Shown here piece after piece: positions 1 through 8,718 of a stretch of DNA of 54,493 nt. The notes below the pieces were generated by a model that saw only the letters and a program-made list of their open reading frames with translations, ran no database searches and was not told where the DNA came from. Made by a program: the position numbers and the translations under genes. Positions within the stretch are counted from its first letter, which is position 1. Each line of letters begins with the position of its first letter. The DNA is from Mycobacteriales bacterium (GTDB taxonomy: Bacteria > Actinomycetota > Actinomycetes > JAFAQI01), in the NCBI GenBank assembly GCA_035695245.1, contig DASSEQ010000186.1, positions 1 through 54,493 of the forward strand. Reading direction: 5' to 3'.

Positions 1-729
<729 letters not shown>

Positions 730-735
730 GCACCA

Positions 736-764
736 TTGTTAGCACTCGACCCTGTCGAGTGCAA
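736..764 (-). promoter_or_regulatory. Putative sigma-70-type groEL promoter embedded in CIRCE
   Basis: On the minus strand: TTGCAC (764..759), a 17-nt spacer, then TAACAA(T) (741..735). Position between and overlapping the two CIRCE copies resembles my recollection of actinobacterial groEL2 promoters. Confidence 0.5.
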
Positions 765-765
765 G
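739..765 (-). promoter_or_regulatory. CIRCE operator, second copy, overlapping the groEL promoter
   Basis: TTAGCACTC-N9-GAGTGCaAg. The left arm is perfect and the right arm matches 7 of 9. It lies 9 nt from the first CIRCE copy. Confidence 0.85.
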
Positions 766-872
766 CCGGGTCCGGGCCGCCGGCCACATTTTCCTCACCT
801 CAAGAGCGCCGGCAGGAACGTCGATCATCTTCGTCGTAGATTCCTTTCACCGCCGCAACCCCTGTGGTGGTC

Positions 873-1046
873 GCGCCTGCCTCGCCGAGCCCGTCCCGGC
901 AGTGCGTCGTCGGTCGAACCCAAGGGACGGGACCGGGGACCCAAGCACCTGGACGGCAACTGCCGTCCTTGGGGTGAAGCCCTCCGCGAGGAGGGCCGGG
1001 CGAGACTTCCGCCCGAACCCGACAGCTAACTCGGCAGGCGTCGGAG
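873..1046 (+). promoter_or_regulatory. ydaO/yuaA-class (c-di-AMP) riboswitch in the 5' leader of the NlpC/P60 gene
   Basis: Hallmark blocks are present: CGGGGACCCAAGC..GGACGGCAACTGCCGTCC..TTGGGGTGAAGCC and CCGCCCGAACCCGACAGCTAACTCGGCAGGCG. A closing helix pairs CGCCTGCC (874-881) with GGCAGGCG (1033-1040). The GGAGA RBS (1043-1047) lies directly 3' of this P1 helix. Confidence 0.85.
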
Positions 1047-1053
1047 ACCACTC

Positions 1054-1548
1054 ATGCGCCTTCCGCTGCGCTCGCGCCTGCGCGCCGCAACAGCAACCGT
1101 CGTCCTCGCCACCGCCGCTCTGACCGCCACGTCCGTGGCCACGCTGGCTCCAACGGCCACCGCCGAGACCCCGGCTCAGGTGCGGGCCTACAAGATCGAC
1201 CGGGTGATGACCTGGGCCGAGCATCAGAAGGGCAAGCCTTACCGCTACGGCGCCGCCGGCCCGAGCTCGTTCGACTGCTCCGGTCTGGTCATGTACGTGT
1301 TCCACCACGCAATCGACAAGTCGCTGTCGCACAACGCGGAGGCGCAGTACCGCGCATCGACGCACATTCGCCGCAGCAGCCTGCGCCCGGGCGACCTCGT
1401 GTTCGAGGTGGACAGCAGTGGCTACGCGTTCCACGTCGGCATCTACGCCGGCAACGGCTACTTCTGGCACGCGCCCCACTCGGGCACGGTCGTCAAGAAG
1501 CAGAAGCTCTACTCAGCGCACTGGCGCTTCGGCCGCATCATCCACTGA
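1054..1548 (+). CDS. Secreted NlpC/P60 (C40) cell-wall peptidase
   Basis: 164 aa with an N-terminal signal peptide (RLRAATATVVLATAALTA). Contains the catalytic Cys motif FDCSGLV and a downstream His (FHVGIYAG). ATG is preceded by GGAGA. Confidence 0.88.
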   Translation: MRLPLRSRLRAATATVVLATAALTATSVATLAPTATAETPAQVRAYKIDRVMTWAEHQKGKPYRYGAAGPSSFDCSGLVMYVFHHAIDKSLSHNAEAQYRASTHIRRSSLRPGDLVFEVDSSGYAFHVGIYAGNGYFWHAPHSGTVVKKQKLYSAHWRFGRIIH

Positions 1549-4105
1549 GCGCGACCGAGCCGACGAGGTCGATCGTGGCCGGTGCGGCGATGCGAGCCCG
1601 CATCGCCGTGCTGGTCAACGGTCGCGCCAACAAGTAACCCTGCGCGTTGTCGCATCCCAGCTCGACAAGGTGCGCCAGCGTCTCCCGGTCCTCGACGCCT
1701 TCCGCGACGATGCGCGCCCCGAGGCTGTGACCGAGATCAATCGTCGCGCGCACGATGGCGGCGTCGGGACTCGAGCTGCGCAAACGGAGGACGAAGTCGC
1801 GATCGACCTTCAGCTCGTGCACGGCATTGCGGGTCAGGAACGTCAACGACGAGTAGCCCGTGCCGAAGTCGTCGATCGAGATCTGTACGCCGATGTTGCG
1901 CAGCGCGTCGAGCGTCTCCTCGACGGTCTCCAGCTCCGCGATCATCGTCGTTTCGGTGATCTCCAGCACCAGCAACGACGCGTCGAGTGAGTGCCGGGCG
2001 AGCACCTCGGAGACCGCTGACGGCAGATCGGGATCGAGCAGGTTGCGCGCCGACAGGTTGACCGCGACATGCACGGGGCGACCCGGGCGCTGCCATTGCG
2101 CGGCCTCGGACACGGCAAGGCTCAGCACGTGCTTGGTGAACTCGTGCGCCAGGCCGGAGTCCTCGGCGACGGTGATGAACTCGGCCGGCGGCAACAGGCC
2201 GCGGCTCGGATGCTGCCACCGGACCAGTGCTTCTGCTCCGGCGATACGCCCGTCCCCGAGCCGGTATTGCGGCTGGTAGTGCAGCACCAGCTCGCCGCGG
2301 CGCAGTGCGGAGCGGAGCTCGGCGGCAACCGCGAGTCGTGAGAGTGAGGACTCGTCGCGCTCCGGCCGATAGTGCCGGTGACTGCCGCGGACGGTCTTGG
2401 CTTGATACAGCGCGACGTCAGCGTGCGCGAGCATCTCGCCGATTCCTTCGGCGTCGCCCGGGCAGCTCGAGATACCGACGCTCGCGCCGACAGACACGCG
2501 GAGACCGTCGAGGATCACCGGCTGCTCGACGGCGTCGATGACCTGGCGAGCCAGCTCGTCGGCCGCCTCGATGGACTCGAGCTCGGTGGCGAACAACGCG
2601 AACTCGTCGCCGCCCAGGCGCGCGATCAGGTCGCCCGCCCGGGCGACGGAGGCGAGCCGACGGGCGATCGTGATCAGCAGCCGGTCGCCGGTCGCGTGAC
2701 CGAGGGTGTCGTTGACGGCCTTGAAGTGATCGAGATCGAGGAGCAGCAGCGCAGAGCGGCCTTCAGATCCGTCGAGGACGCGGTCGGCGTGGCGCAGCAA
2801 CAGTGACCGGTTGGGCATGCCGGTCAGCGCGTCGTGGGTTGCGTCGTACTCGTTGCGACGCGCCGCCATCTCGATGTCGTCGAAGAGCTTCGCGTTGTCG
2901 AAGTTGAGCGCAACCGTCGCGGCGAAGGCTTGCAACAGCTGGCGCCCGCGGGCCGTCGGCTGCACGCCGCCCTGAAAACGGAACCGAAGAGCGCCGACGA
3001 TGCCGGCCGTGGTGAGCGGCACCGTCCAGGTGAAGGGAAGTGCTTCACCACTCTGCGCCCAGTGCGCAATGCCCTCCGGCGATGCGCCCGGCTCGAGGTC
3101 GGCGAGCACTGATGCGTCAACGATGTCGTGGGTTCGACTTGTCTCGTCGCCGGAGAAGCAGTCGACACGCGCATCGTCGCGGGTTATGTAGAGGTCGACG
3201 GCGGGCGCCTTGAGCAGCGCAACGGCGTGTTTGATGACGACGTCGGCGAGCTCTGCACCGCGAAGCCCGACCAGCTCTTTGCTCGCTTCCTCGAGCCCCT
3301 GCCATGCGTCGCGGTCCTGCTCGGCAGTGAGATAGGCCCGATAGGCGACGTACAGCAACGCGACGAAGACCGACACCGCTGTCAGCGACGTGCGGTTCCA
3401 TTGCAGGTTGACGACGACGAGGGCAAGGGTCGCTCCGGCGAAGAAGACCAGGAGGTCGAGCGGCAAGCGGCCGCGCAGCACGTCACGAATCCTGGTGTCC
3501 TGCGAGAACGCGATCGCTGCGGTGACAGCGAAGGTGTTCAGCGCGAAGCAGCAGACAACGCCGGTCGCGAGCGCGGCCGTGCGAGTCAGTCCGGTGAGGC
3601 GGACGGGGTCGCCGTACACGTGCATCGCGAGGAGGCCAACGGTGGTCGCGACCGCCATCGAGGCCGCGTTGAACACCACCTTCTCGGGCGCGCGGCGGCG
3701 TAGCGCATGCGCCAGCAGAACGGCCGCGGCGGCGGCGATGGCGAGCCATGGGCGAGGCACGATCGCGAGCCCGAACACAACAGCCGCATCAGTCCACGTC
3801 ACCGCGTGCCGCTCACCGCGGAAGCGAATGCTGAGCACGGCAAGCTCGCCAAGGCAGAACAACGCGCTGACCACGAGCAGCTTGCGGATCGGAACCGCAC
3901 CGGCCACGTCGCCGGCAGCGCCCACCGCATAAAGCAGGCACCCGGCCCCGGCGACCCCGACGACGGTGACGAGCAGCCGGAGCCGGGCTTGCGGGGTAGC
4001 CGGCATGAAGGCGCGCGCGACTCGCGAGTGAGCCACCAAAGGCTGCGCCATCACTTGTGCTCCGGGGAAGAGACGCGAGACAGCGCAGAGTGCTGTCAGG
4101 AGCAC
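1538..4105 (-). CDS. Membrane-bound GGDEF-EAL protein (diguanylate cyclase/phosphodiesterase); start uncertain (alternatives at 4051 and 4006)
   Basis: The first ~250 aa are a multi-TM region, followed by a linker domain. Motifs: RLGGDEFALF (GGDEF), EALVRW and DDFGTGYSSL (EAL). Confidence 0.9.
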   Translation of the reverse strand: MLLTALCAVSRLFPGAQVMAQPLVAHSRVARAFMPATPQARLRLLVTVVGVAGAGCLLYAVGAAGDVAGAVPIRKLLVVSALFCLGELAVLSIRFRGERHAVTWTDAAVVFGLAIVPRPWLAIAAAAAVLLAHALRRRAPEKVVFNAASMAVATTVGLLAMHVYGDPVRLTGLTRTAALATGVVCCFALNTFAVTAAIAFSQDTRIRDVLRGRLPLDLLVFFAGATLALVVVNLQWNRTSLTAVSVFVALLYVAYRAYLTAEQDRDAWQGLEEASKELVGLRGAELADVVIKHAVALLKAPAVDLYITRDDARVDCFSGDETSRTHDIVDASVLADLEPGASPEGIAHWAQSGEALPFTWTVPLTTAGIVGALRFRFQGGVQPTARGRQLLQAFAATVALNFDNAKLFDDIEMAARRNEYDATHDALTGMPNRSLLLRHADRVLDGSEGRSALLLLDLDHFKAVNDTLGHATGDRLLITIARRLASVARAGDLIARLGGDEFALFATELESIEAADELARQVIDAVEQPVILDGLRVSVGASVGISSCPGDAEGIGEMLAHADVALYQAKTVRGSHRHYRPERDESSLSRLAVAAELRSALRRGELVLHYQPQYRLGDGRIAGAEALVRWQHPSRGLLPPAEFITVAEDSGLAHEFTKHVLSLAVSEAAQWQRPGRPVHVAVNLSARNLLDPDLPSAVSEVLARHSLDASLLVLEITETTMIAELETVEETLDALRNIGVQISIDDFGTGYSSLTFLTRNAVHELKVDRDFVLRLRSSSPDAAIVRATIDLGHSLGARIVAEGVEDRETLAHLVELGCDNAQGYLLARPLTSTAMRARIAAPATIDLVGSVALSG

Positions 4106-4149
4106 AGACTGTTACGCCGAACGGCCAGCAACAATGGCCCGACGTAACC

Positions 4150-4172
4150 AAAAAAGCCCGGCAGACGTGCCG
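4150..4172 (-). terminator. Possible intrinsic terminator after the ThrC-like/sulfur-carrier operon
   Basis: Minus strand reads GCCCcagtttCGGCAcgtcTGCCGGGC followed by TTTTTT, a rare T6 run in this GC-rich DNA. It lies ~125 nt downstream of the carrier stop. The stem is short and imperfect. Confidence 0.35.
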
Positions 4173-4296
4173 AAACTGGGGCGCATCCGGCGTCACTAAG
4201 CGTGACCAGCCCGCCCAAAGCACCCAGAGGTGCAGCGAAACGCTAACCGACGACGACCGGCGAGGCCGGGAGGCTGACCGGCGTGTCGCGGGGCGA

Positions 4297-4575
4297 CTAG
4301 CCGCCGGCGACCGCCGGGATGATGCTCACCGTCGCGCCGTCGGGCGTCGGCGTCTCGAGGCCGCCGGCGAAGCGCACGTCCTCTTCACCGACGTAGACGT
4401 TGACGAACCGCCGCAGCTTGCCGCTCTCGTCCAGCACCCGGCCCTTGATGCCGGGGTGGTCGGCATCGAGCTTGTCGAGCAGCTCGACCAACGTCGACGC
4501 GCCGTCGACGCTGACCTCGGAGGCTCCGCCGGTCAGCGAGCGAAGGATCGTCGGCACCCGCACCGTGACACTCAC
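4297..4575 (-). CDS. MoaD/ThiS/CysO-family sulfur-carrier protein (92 aa, C-terminal Gly-Gly)
   Basis: The track ORF 4297..4746 is trimmed to GTG at 4575, which overlaps the upstream stop as GTGA. The protein VSVTVRVPTILRSLTGG...VSIIPAVAGG has ubiquitin-like carrier length and a diglycine terminus. Confidence 0.8.
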   Translation of the reverse strand: MSVTVRVPTILRSLTGGASEVSVDGASTLVELLDKLDADHPGIKGRVLDESGKLRRFVNVYVGEEDVRFAGGLETPTPDGATVSIIPAVAGG

Positions 4576-5837
4576 GGGGCTGCCACTCCCGATGCGCGGA
4601 ACTCGGTGAGCGACGGCTTGATCGTGGTGGTGGGCTTCGCCACCGGCGCAACGGCGTCGAGCGTCTTCAATCCGTCGCCGGTGTTGAGGATGACCGTCTC
4701 CGCCTCGGGGTCGAGCTGACCGGACGCCAGCAGCGCCTTGAGACAAGCGACCGTCACACCGCCGGCGGTCTCCCCGAAGATCCCTTCGGTGCGCGCCAGA
4801 AGTTGAATGCCGGCAACGACTTCCTCGTCGCTGACGTCGGCGACGGCACCGCCAGTTCGACGTACGACGTCGAGTGCGTAGACGCCGTCGGCAGGGTTGC
4901 CGATGGCAAGGGACTTCGCGATCGTCGAGGGCCGCACCGGCTGCACCACGTCGTGGCCCGCTTTGAATGCGGCCGACACCGGCGAACAGCCAGTCGCTTG
5001 AGCGCCGAACACCTTGTAGGGCGTGCCCTCGACGAGCCCCAGCTCGGCGAACTCACGCCACGCCTTGTCGACCTTCGTGAGCAAGGCACCGGAAGCGACC
5101 GGAACGACGACCTGCTGCGGCAGCCTCCACCCGAGCTGCTCGGCGATCTCGAAGCCGACAGTCTTGGAGCCCTCGGCATAGAACGGCCGGACGTTGACAT
5201 TGACGAAAGCCCAGTCCTCCTGCTCGCCGGCGACTTCGGCGCAGAGGCGGTTGACGTCGTCGTAGGTGCCGTCGATCGCGACGAGCGTGCCGCCGTATAC
5301 GGCGGTTGTGACGACCTTGCCGGCCTCGAGGTCGGACGGGATGAAGACGACCGACCGCATGCCGGCGCGAGCCGCCGCTGCCGCGACCGCGTTGGCCAGG
5401 TTGCCGGTCGAAGCGCAGGACAGGACGTTGAAGCCGAGCGAGCGCGCAGCGCTGGCGGCGACGGCGACGACGCGGTCCTTGAACGAGTGCGTCGGGTTGC
5501 CGCTGTCGTCCTTGACCCAGAGCGACTTCATGCCGAGCTCGCGGGCAAGGTTGTCGGCCTTGACCAGCCGGGTGCAGCCGACCTGCAGATCGACCACCGG
5601 CGTCGCCGGCAACAGTGCGCCGTATCGCCACATCGTCCGCGGTCCGGCCTCGATCGACTCCCTCGTCACGAGTGACAGCAGAGAGGAGTCGTAGCCGATC
5701 TCGAGCGGCCCGAAGCACTGCTCACAGGCATTGCCGGGACCGAGGTCGTAGGTGGCACCGCACTCGCGACAGAACAGGTTCGCGGCAGCGCCGAAGGTCG
5801 GGCCAAGGTCTCGGGAGTTGGCCAGAAGGGTGGTCAC
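4572..5837 (-). CDS. Threonine-synthase-like PLP enzyme with N-terminal Cys4 zinc ribbon (candidate MetM-type homocysteine synthase)
   Basis: 421 aa. Contains CRECG...CEQC, the PLP-lysine motif NPTHSFKDR and a fold-type II signature. GTG start at 5837. A SAM-I riboswitch lies immediately upstream, and the gene is translationally coupled to the sulfur carrier. Confidence 0.85.
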   Translation of the reverse strand: MTTLLANSRDLGPTFGAAANLFCRECGATYDLGPGNACEQCFGPLEIGYDSSLLSLVTRESIEAGPRTMWRYGALLPATPVVDLQVGCTRLVKADNLARELGMKSLWVKDDSGNPTHSFKDRVVAVAASAARSLGFNVLSCASTGNLANAVAAAAARAGMRSVVFIPSDLEAGKVVTTAVYGGTLVAIDGTYDDVNRLCAEVAGEQEDWAFVNVNVRPFYAEGSKTVGFEIAEQLGWRLPQQVVVPVASGALLTKVDKAWREFAELGLVEGTPYKVFGAQATGCSPVSAAFKAGHDVVQPVRPSTIAKSLAIGNPADGVYALDVVRRTGGAVADVSDEEVVAGIQLLARTEGIFGETAGGVTVACLKALLASGQLDPEAETVILNTGDGLKTLDAVAPVAKPTTTIKPSLTEFRASGVAAP

Positions 5838-5854
5838 AGATAGCGCCTTTCACG

Positions 5855-5976
5855 CTCATCTTCCCCGCGTGCGGTTGCCCGCGGGCCGGAATTGGCACCT
5901 GTCTGCTCGCCTGTTACGGCGGGCCGGATGGTTGCCGGGGCTTCACCGGGCCGGTCCCTCTGCCCCTCTTGATGAG
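5855..5976 (-). promoter_or_regulatory. SAM-I (S-box) riboswitch
   Basis: Minus strand reads CTCATCAAGAGGGGCAGAGGGACCGGCCCGGTGAAGCCCCGGCAACC...CAGGTGCCAATTCCGGCCC...GGGGAAGATGAG. P1 pairs CTCATC with GATGAG and the conserved SAM-I core blocks are present. It ends 17 nt before the GTG start. Confidence 0.9.
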
Positions 5977-6018
5977 TGCAGATCGCTTGCGCAACCTGCG
6001 TATGCAAGTGTCGCACAT

Positions 6019-6984
6019 GTGGACCCCGCGGCGCACACGTGGTTTTCCCGCCGAACGTCGAAGGCGGCGGACTGGCCGGTGTCGCGGCTGTTGGCAGCGA
6101 AGGGCGAAACCTCCGTCAGTGTTGTGCTTCCTGCACTCAACGAGGCGGCGACCGTCGGGCGCATCGTGGAGCGAATCCGGCGCGACCTGGTAGAGCGCCA
6201 CCGCCTCGTCGACGAGCTCGTCGTGATGGATTCGGGTTCGACCGACCAGACCATCGAGGTGGCGAAGGCGGCTGGCGCCGCCGTCGTACGACGGGAAGAC
6301 GTGCTACCGCAGTTTCCGCCGCGGGACGGGAAGGGTGAGGTGCTGTGGCGGTCGTTGGCGGCCACCACCGGCGACGTGCTGGTTTTCGTCGACAGCGACC
6401 TGCGCGACTTCACCTCCTCATTCGTCACCGGGTTGCTCGGGCCGCTGCTGTGCGACGAGACGGTGCACTTCGTGAAGGCCACCTATGACCGGTCCCTCAC
6501 CGCGGGCGAGACCGAGCTGCCCGCCGGCGGTGGCCGGGTCACCGAGCTGGTCGCGCGTCCGCTACTTGCCCTGCACTGGCCCGTGCTGTCGGGATTCGTG
6601 CAGCCGCTCGGTGGCGAATACGCCGCGCGCCGATCGCTGTTGGAGCGACTGCCGTTTGCGTGCGGCTACGGCGTCGAGTTCGGGCTGCTCGTCGACACGC
6701 ATCGGTTGGTCGGGCTCGACGCGATGGCCCAGGTCGACCTGTCCCGACGTAAGCACCGCAACTCCGACCTGCACAAGCTCGGTCGCATGGCGGCGGAGAT
6801 CCTGCAAGTCGCCGAGCGCCGCCTCGGTCGCTCGGTCACGGACCCGTTGTTGCTCACACAGTTCAGCCGAGCCGGCGAGGGCTACCGCATCGTCGACAAC
6901 GACATGACCGAACACGAACGCCCGCCGATGCTCACCGTCAAGGCCTCTGCCGCGCGGCGCGAGCCAACACGGGCAGATCCGTGA
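6019..6984 (+). CDS. gpgS: Glucosyl-3-phosphoglycerate synthase (GT81)
   Basis: Close resemblance to mycobacterial GpgS: SVVLPALNEAATV, DSGSTD, GKGEVLWRSLAAT, GGGRVTELVARPLL, QPLGGEYAA and GYGVEFGLL. The track ORF starts at 5752 but that extension overlaps the SAM riboswitch, so it was trimmed to the in-frame GTG at 6019. The start remains uncertain. Confidence 0.85.
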   Translation: MDPAAHTWFSRRTSKAADWPVSRLLAAKGETSVSVVLPALNEAATVGRIVERIRRDLVERHRLVDELVVMDSGSTDQTIEVAKAAGAAVVRREDVLPQFPPRDGKGEVLWRSLAATTGDVLVFVDSDLRDFTSSFVTGLLGPLLCDETVHFVKATYDRSLTAGETELPAGGGRVTELVARPLLALHWPVLSGFVQPLGGEYAARRSLLERLPFACGYGVEFGLLVDTHRLVGLDAMAQVDLSRRKHRNSDLHKLGRMAAEILQVAERRLGRSVTDPLLLTQFSRAGEGYRIVDNDMTEHERPPMLTVKASAARREPTRADP

Positions 6985-8227
6985 CCCAGGCGGCTGCCTC
7001 ATCAGCCGGTCGCAGTAGGGCCGTACCTGGAAAGTGACGTCCTGCCGTGTCGACGTGCACGGTCGCGAGCCGGAGGCGTCTCAGGACCGGGCCTTGCACC
7101 CAGCGAAAGCTCTGCGCCTTCGCCAACGGCACCACCACAGTCGCGCGCCGCAGCCGTCCGGTGACGCAAGTGACGTAGCGAGCGTCATGCCAGGCGGCGA
7201 GATGGTGATGCATCAGCGGAGCGCGAAGGATCGCACGAAGCGGCGCCCGAGACTGCGCCGGACGGTCCACCGATGCTCCCGGGAGCAATCGTTTGACCAA
7301 CCAGTGCGCAAGGTCAGGCGGCCCGACCGGCAGTAGTGCACGTGTCGTGGTAGTCGACTCGTGCTCGGCCCGATCATGGTCGCGCCGCCGGGCGATGTCG
7401 ATCTCGAGTCGGACCCATCCGAGCGGACGCCACAAGAGTGGCTCCAGCACTCGCACTGCTTGCAGCCGTGCGAGCGGAATCGTCTCGGCTCGGGTCTGCA
7501 ACAGTCCCGCACGCAACCGCAAACCGTCGGGTGACTCGGCCAACGCAAACTCCCACTCCGCGCCGACACGGCGGGCGACACCGAGTCCGATGGTCAGCGC
7601 TACGGGACCGATCACGCCGAGCGCGGCAAGCCCTGCGCGGGGCGCGACGACGGCGACGGCAATCGCAGCGACAACGGCCAGCAGCACGAGCAACACTGGT
7701 GTGGACAACAGTGCAGCCGCGATGATGCGCGAACCCGGCACGGCGATGATCGGCCGCTCCGGGGCTGTCGGTGTCGTCGCGTCGAGCCCATGGGCGAGCG
7801 CCAGCAGCTGCGCCCGCACGCTGTCCGCCCGCTCATCTCCGAGGTAGGCGAGCCGCGTCCGTGACGAGCCATGTCCGGCGACAACGACGCGCACCTCGGC
7901 GAGCCCGAGCACGCGGCCCAGCAACGGACGCACGACATCGACTGCCTGCAGCCGTGTGAGCGGCAACCGCACCGACTGCCGTCGCAGCAGCCCGGTTTCG
8001 ACCTGCAGCTCACCGTTGTGGATTCGCCAACGTGTGACCAGCCACGAGACGAGACCGCCGACAAGGGCAACGCCGACCGCAGCGCCGTCTACCCACAGCG
8101 GCTGCCGTCCGCGCGACCCGACCTGACGCAGCCCGACGACCACCGCAAGGGCTCCCAGCAACCGCCCTGCGTGCACGATCGGCGACAGCGGATGCAACCG
8201 CGCCCAGTGCGTCGGCAGATCTGTCAC
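6938..8227 (-). CDS. YdbT-like membrane protein with repeated bacterial PH (bPH_2) domains
   Basis: The track ORF 6938..8680 is trimmed to GTG at 8227, which overlaps the upstream stop as GTGA. The protein alternates TM pairs with PH-like modules (motifs such as RLQAVDVVRPLLGRVLGL and RLQAVRVLEPLLWRPLGW). Confidence 0.7.
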   Translation of the reverse strand: MTDLPTHWARLHPLSPIVHAGRLLGALAVVVGLRQVGSRGRQPLWVDGAAVGVALVGGLVSWLVTRWRIHNGELQVETGLLRRQSVRLPLTRLQAVDVVRPLLGRVLGLAEVRVVVAGHGSSRTRLAYLGDERADSVRAQLLALAHGLDATTPTAPERPIIAVPGSRIIAAALLSTPVLLVLLAVVAAIAVAVVAPRAGLAALGVIGPVALTIGLGVARRVGAEWEFALAESPDGLRLRAGLLQTRAETIPLARLQAVRVLEPLLWRPLGWVRLEIDIARRRDHDRAEHESTTTTRALLPVGPPDLAHWLVKRLLPGASVDRPAQSRAPLRAILRAPLMHHHLAAWHDARYVTCVTGRLRRATVVVPLAKAQSFRWVQGPVLRRLRLATVHVDTAGRHFPGTALLRPADEAAAWVTDLPVLARAARQRP

Positions 8228-8712
8228 AGTCCGGCCGCTCGCGCCTCGCCGAGCGCCGCCAGCCGGTCCCGCAACCGCTCCGCCTCCGCGCGGTCGAGTC
8301 CTGGCACCCGGGCGTCGGTCGCCGCGGCAGCGGTGTGCAGCTGCACCGTCGCCAGCTTGAACACTCGCTCCACCGGACCGGCAGTCATGTCGACGAACTG
8401 CATCCGCCCGTATGGCACGACCGACACGCGACGGAACATCAGGCCGCGTTGGATCAGCAAGTCCTCGTCCCGTTCGGCGTAGCGCCACGACCGGTAGCGC
8501 CCATGCAACACGGATCCGACAAAGGCGGTCGCGACCAACAACACCACCGCCGTCGCGACGGCCGGCGCTGCTCCACCGGCAACCGCGGCTACGACCACAA
8601 CCACAACGACCACTGGCACCGCGACGATCGACAAAAGCAACAACCGTGCTCGCCACATGCGCGGCGACGGTCGGCGCCACGACAGCTGTGGCAGAAGGTC
8701 CGGCTGCACCAC
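8224..8712 (-). CDS. YdbS-like membrane protein with a single bPH_2 domain
   Basis: Two TM segments followed by RGLMFRRVSVVPYGRMQFVDMTAGPVERVFKLATVQLHTA. Start uncertain (alternative ATG at 8658). Confidence 0.7.
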   Translation of the reverse strand: MVQPDLLPQLSWRRPSPRMWRARLLLLSIVAVPVVVVVVVVAAVAGGAAPAVATAVVLLVATAFVGSVLHGRYRSWRYAERDEDLLIQRGLMFRRVSVVPYGRMQFVDMTAGPVERVFKLATVQLHTAAAATDARVPGLDRAEAERLRDRLAALGEARAAGL

Positions 8713-8718
8713 CGAAAC

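Noticed and set aside
5752-6018. N-terminal 89-codon extension of the gpgS ORF
   Set aside because: It overlaps the SAM-I riboswitch on the opposite strand, has no similarity to the GpgS N-terminus, and has non-coding-like composition. The gene was trimmed to GTG 6019.
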